Of a stretch of DNA of 37,809 bases, positions 36,718-37,809 are shown piece by piece (the first letter of the stretch is position 1; the number at the start of each line of letters is the position of its first letter). A model generated the notes under the pieces. It had not been told where the DNA came from. It saw only the letters and a program-made list of their open reading frames with translations, and searched no databases. Source of the DNA: a virus (lineage: Duplodnaviria; Caudoviricetes); IMG/VR virus record IMGVR_UViG_3300020045_005319, positions 1 through 37,809 of that record; one strand, 5' to 3'. The translations under genes were made by a program, and so were the position numbers.

Positions 36718-36823
36718 ATTTTTTATCAATAATAATAGACAAAAATACTACAAAAACACACGTTTATTGACTTTAAAGCATTTAAATAATGGTATAAGCT
36801 TATTTTTTATTGTCCGCAAAACA
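36718..36823. repeat. Left arm of a perfect inverted repeat (at least 106 bp)
   Basis: Exact reverse complement of 37704-37809, checked base by base. Confidence 0.97.
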
Positions 36824-37007
36824 GAAATACAGACCTAGATATAAAGTAATAAACAGTGTTATTATATTATAACTTAATACCATTATTTATTTATCTTATG
36901 GGTAACTGTATATTATTATTACGGTGGCTGTAATTATCTTACAAATCAATAAATACTGCAAAAACAACAACAAAACACAATTTCATTATCTTTACAAAAA
37001 AAATGCC

Positions 37008-37661
37008 ATGGAGATACAAAATAGATCAATTCAGGAAGCTATGAGACGTATATCTGAAACTTACAGCAATATTTCAGGCGATGTATTACGTCAAGCCACT
37101 TCACGTGCTTTAAACCGTTCTGCATCATCAGGACGTACACTCAGTAATTCAGAAATTCGTAGAAAATATGCTATTTCGGCAAGTGTGTTGCAGAATGTGA
37201 TTAAAAATACTAATTCAACCTCGAGGAACTTGGAGGCATCAATCAGAGCGTCAGGAGCGCCGTTGTCATGGAATTACTTTGGAGCTAAACAACAATTAGC
37301 ACAAGGAACAACATCGTTTAATCGAAGAGGTGTAGCATTATCGAGATTAAACAGAAAAGCTAGATCGAATGCGGTAAGAGGTGTTACAGCAACGATTTTA
37401 AAGGGTAAATCAGTAAACCTACCTACCGCATTCATACAAGTAGCTAATGGAGGGCTTACGGTGTTCGCTAGAGGGCGTAATAAAGGCGGTGGCGAAGGGT
37501 TTGAGTTTAGTAAGCCACGTTTGCCAATTGGAAATATTACAACGCTATCAGTGCCTATGATGTTTGCTAATGAAGATATTATTACACCTACTACCAAACG
37601 AGTTATTGAAGTGCTAGACCAAAGGATTACGCATGAGCTGCATTATTTACTTACGAAATAA
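37008..37661 (+). CDS. Minor tail/neck protein, lambda gpZ-like
   Basis: Likely start ATG 37008; ATSRALNRSA......IRRKYAI, AFI, VF.R, RLPI.....SVP.M, R..HEL..LL pattern. Confidence 0.75.
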   Translation: MEIQNRSIQEAMRRISETYSNISGDVLRQATSRALNRSASSGRTLSNSEIRRKYAISASVLQNVIKNTNSTSRNLEASIRASGAPLSWNYFGAKQQLAQGTTSFNRRGVALSRLNRKARSNAVRGVTATILKGKSVNLPTAFIQVANGGLTVFARGRNKGGGEGFEFSKPRLPIGNITTLSVPMMFANEDIITPTTKRVIEVLDQRITHELHYLLTK

Positions 37662-37703
37662 GGCGATTTAAGGCACGAAAATATATTGAATGATATGATG
37701 ATA

Positions 37704-37809
37704 TGTTTTGCGGACAATAAAAAATAAGCTTATACCATTATTTAAATGCTTTAAAGTCAATAAACGTGTGTTTTTGTAGTATTTTTGTCTATTATTATTG
37801 ATAAAAAAT
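37704..37809. repeat. Right arm of the perfect inverted repeat (runs off the window end)
   Basis: Exact reverse complement of 36718-36823. Confidence 0.97.

Larger units (their letters stand above)
1..37809. mobile_element. Contractile-tailed bacteriophage/prophage genome segment (Bacteroidota host likely)
   Basis: Continuous head-tail-baseplate-lysis, recombination and replication modules with no host housekeeping genes; Bacteroidota-type TAnnTTTG promoters. Confidence 0.97.

Noticed and set aside
149-37597. Many short antisense or out-of-frame ORFs in the track (e.g. 149..472, 5210..5554, 6182..6634, 16967..17293, 23802..24125, 37274..37597)
   Set aside because: They lie within well-supported genes, have no recognisable motifs and look like shadow ORFs
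36718-37809. IS/transposon or hairpin telomere
   Set aside because: The enclosed gene is not a transposase, an 880-bp spacer does not fit a protelomerase site, and no protelomerase is seen
1-37809. CRISPR array, tRNA genes, diversity-generating retroelement, stop-codon recoding
   Set aside because: No regularly spaced repeats, cloverleaf, reverse transcriptase or TR/VR pair were seen by eye; genes are intact in the standard code

Overview
The whole window is part of an AT-rich tailed phage or prophage genome with a contractile tail. The host is almost certainly a Bacteroidota (Flavobacterium-like) bacterium, given the TAnnTTTG promoters, lack of Shine-Dalgarno motifs, DUF3127 SSB and Gln at +1 of the signal peptides. 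1-18.3 kb (+): capsid, P2/Mu-like neck, sheath, tube, frameshifted tail chaperone, tape measure, baseplate, fibre-like genes, holin-like genes and an M15 endolysin. 18.5-22.1 kb (-): recombination module (RecT-like, SSB, Pif1, exonuclease). 22.2-35.4 kb (+): Cro-like regulator, SF2 helicase, nucleases, a PAPS-reductase/ParB (IbrA/IbrB-like) cassette with a solitary ectoine synthase (EctC) homologue inside it, primase-helicase, AP2 protein and a spanin-like pair. Right end: an orphan gene, an AT-rich region and a gpZ-like tail gene between perfect inverted repeats of at least 106 bp. No terminase, portal, integrase, tRNA or CRISPR was seen. Best leads: (1) the IbrAB+EctC cassette as a possible new DNA-modification or small-molecule pathway; (2) the inverted-repeat-bounded gpZ segment; (3) two structured ncRNA candidates, each with its own promoter and terminator, inside the tail operon; (4) seven promoters sharing a 9-bp box found in either orientation; (5) a fibre-like protein with a Sec signal peptide. 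Family calls come from motifs recognised by eye; no searches were run.
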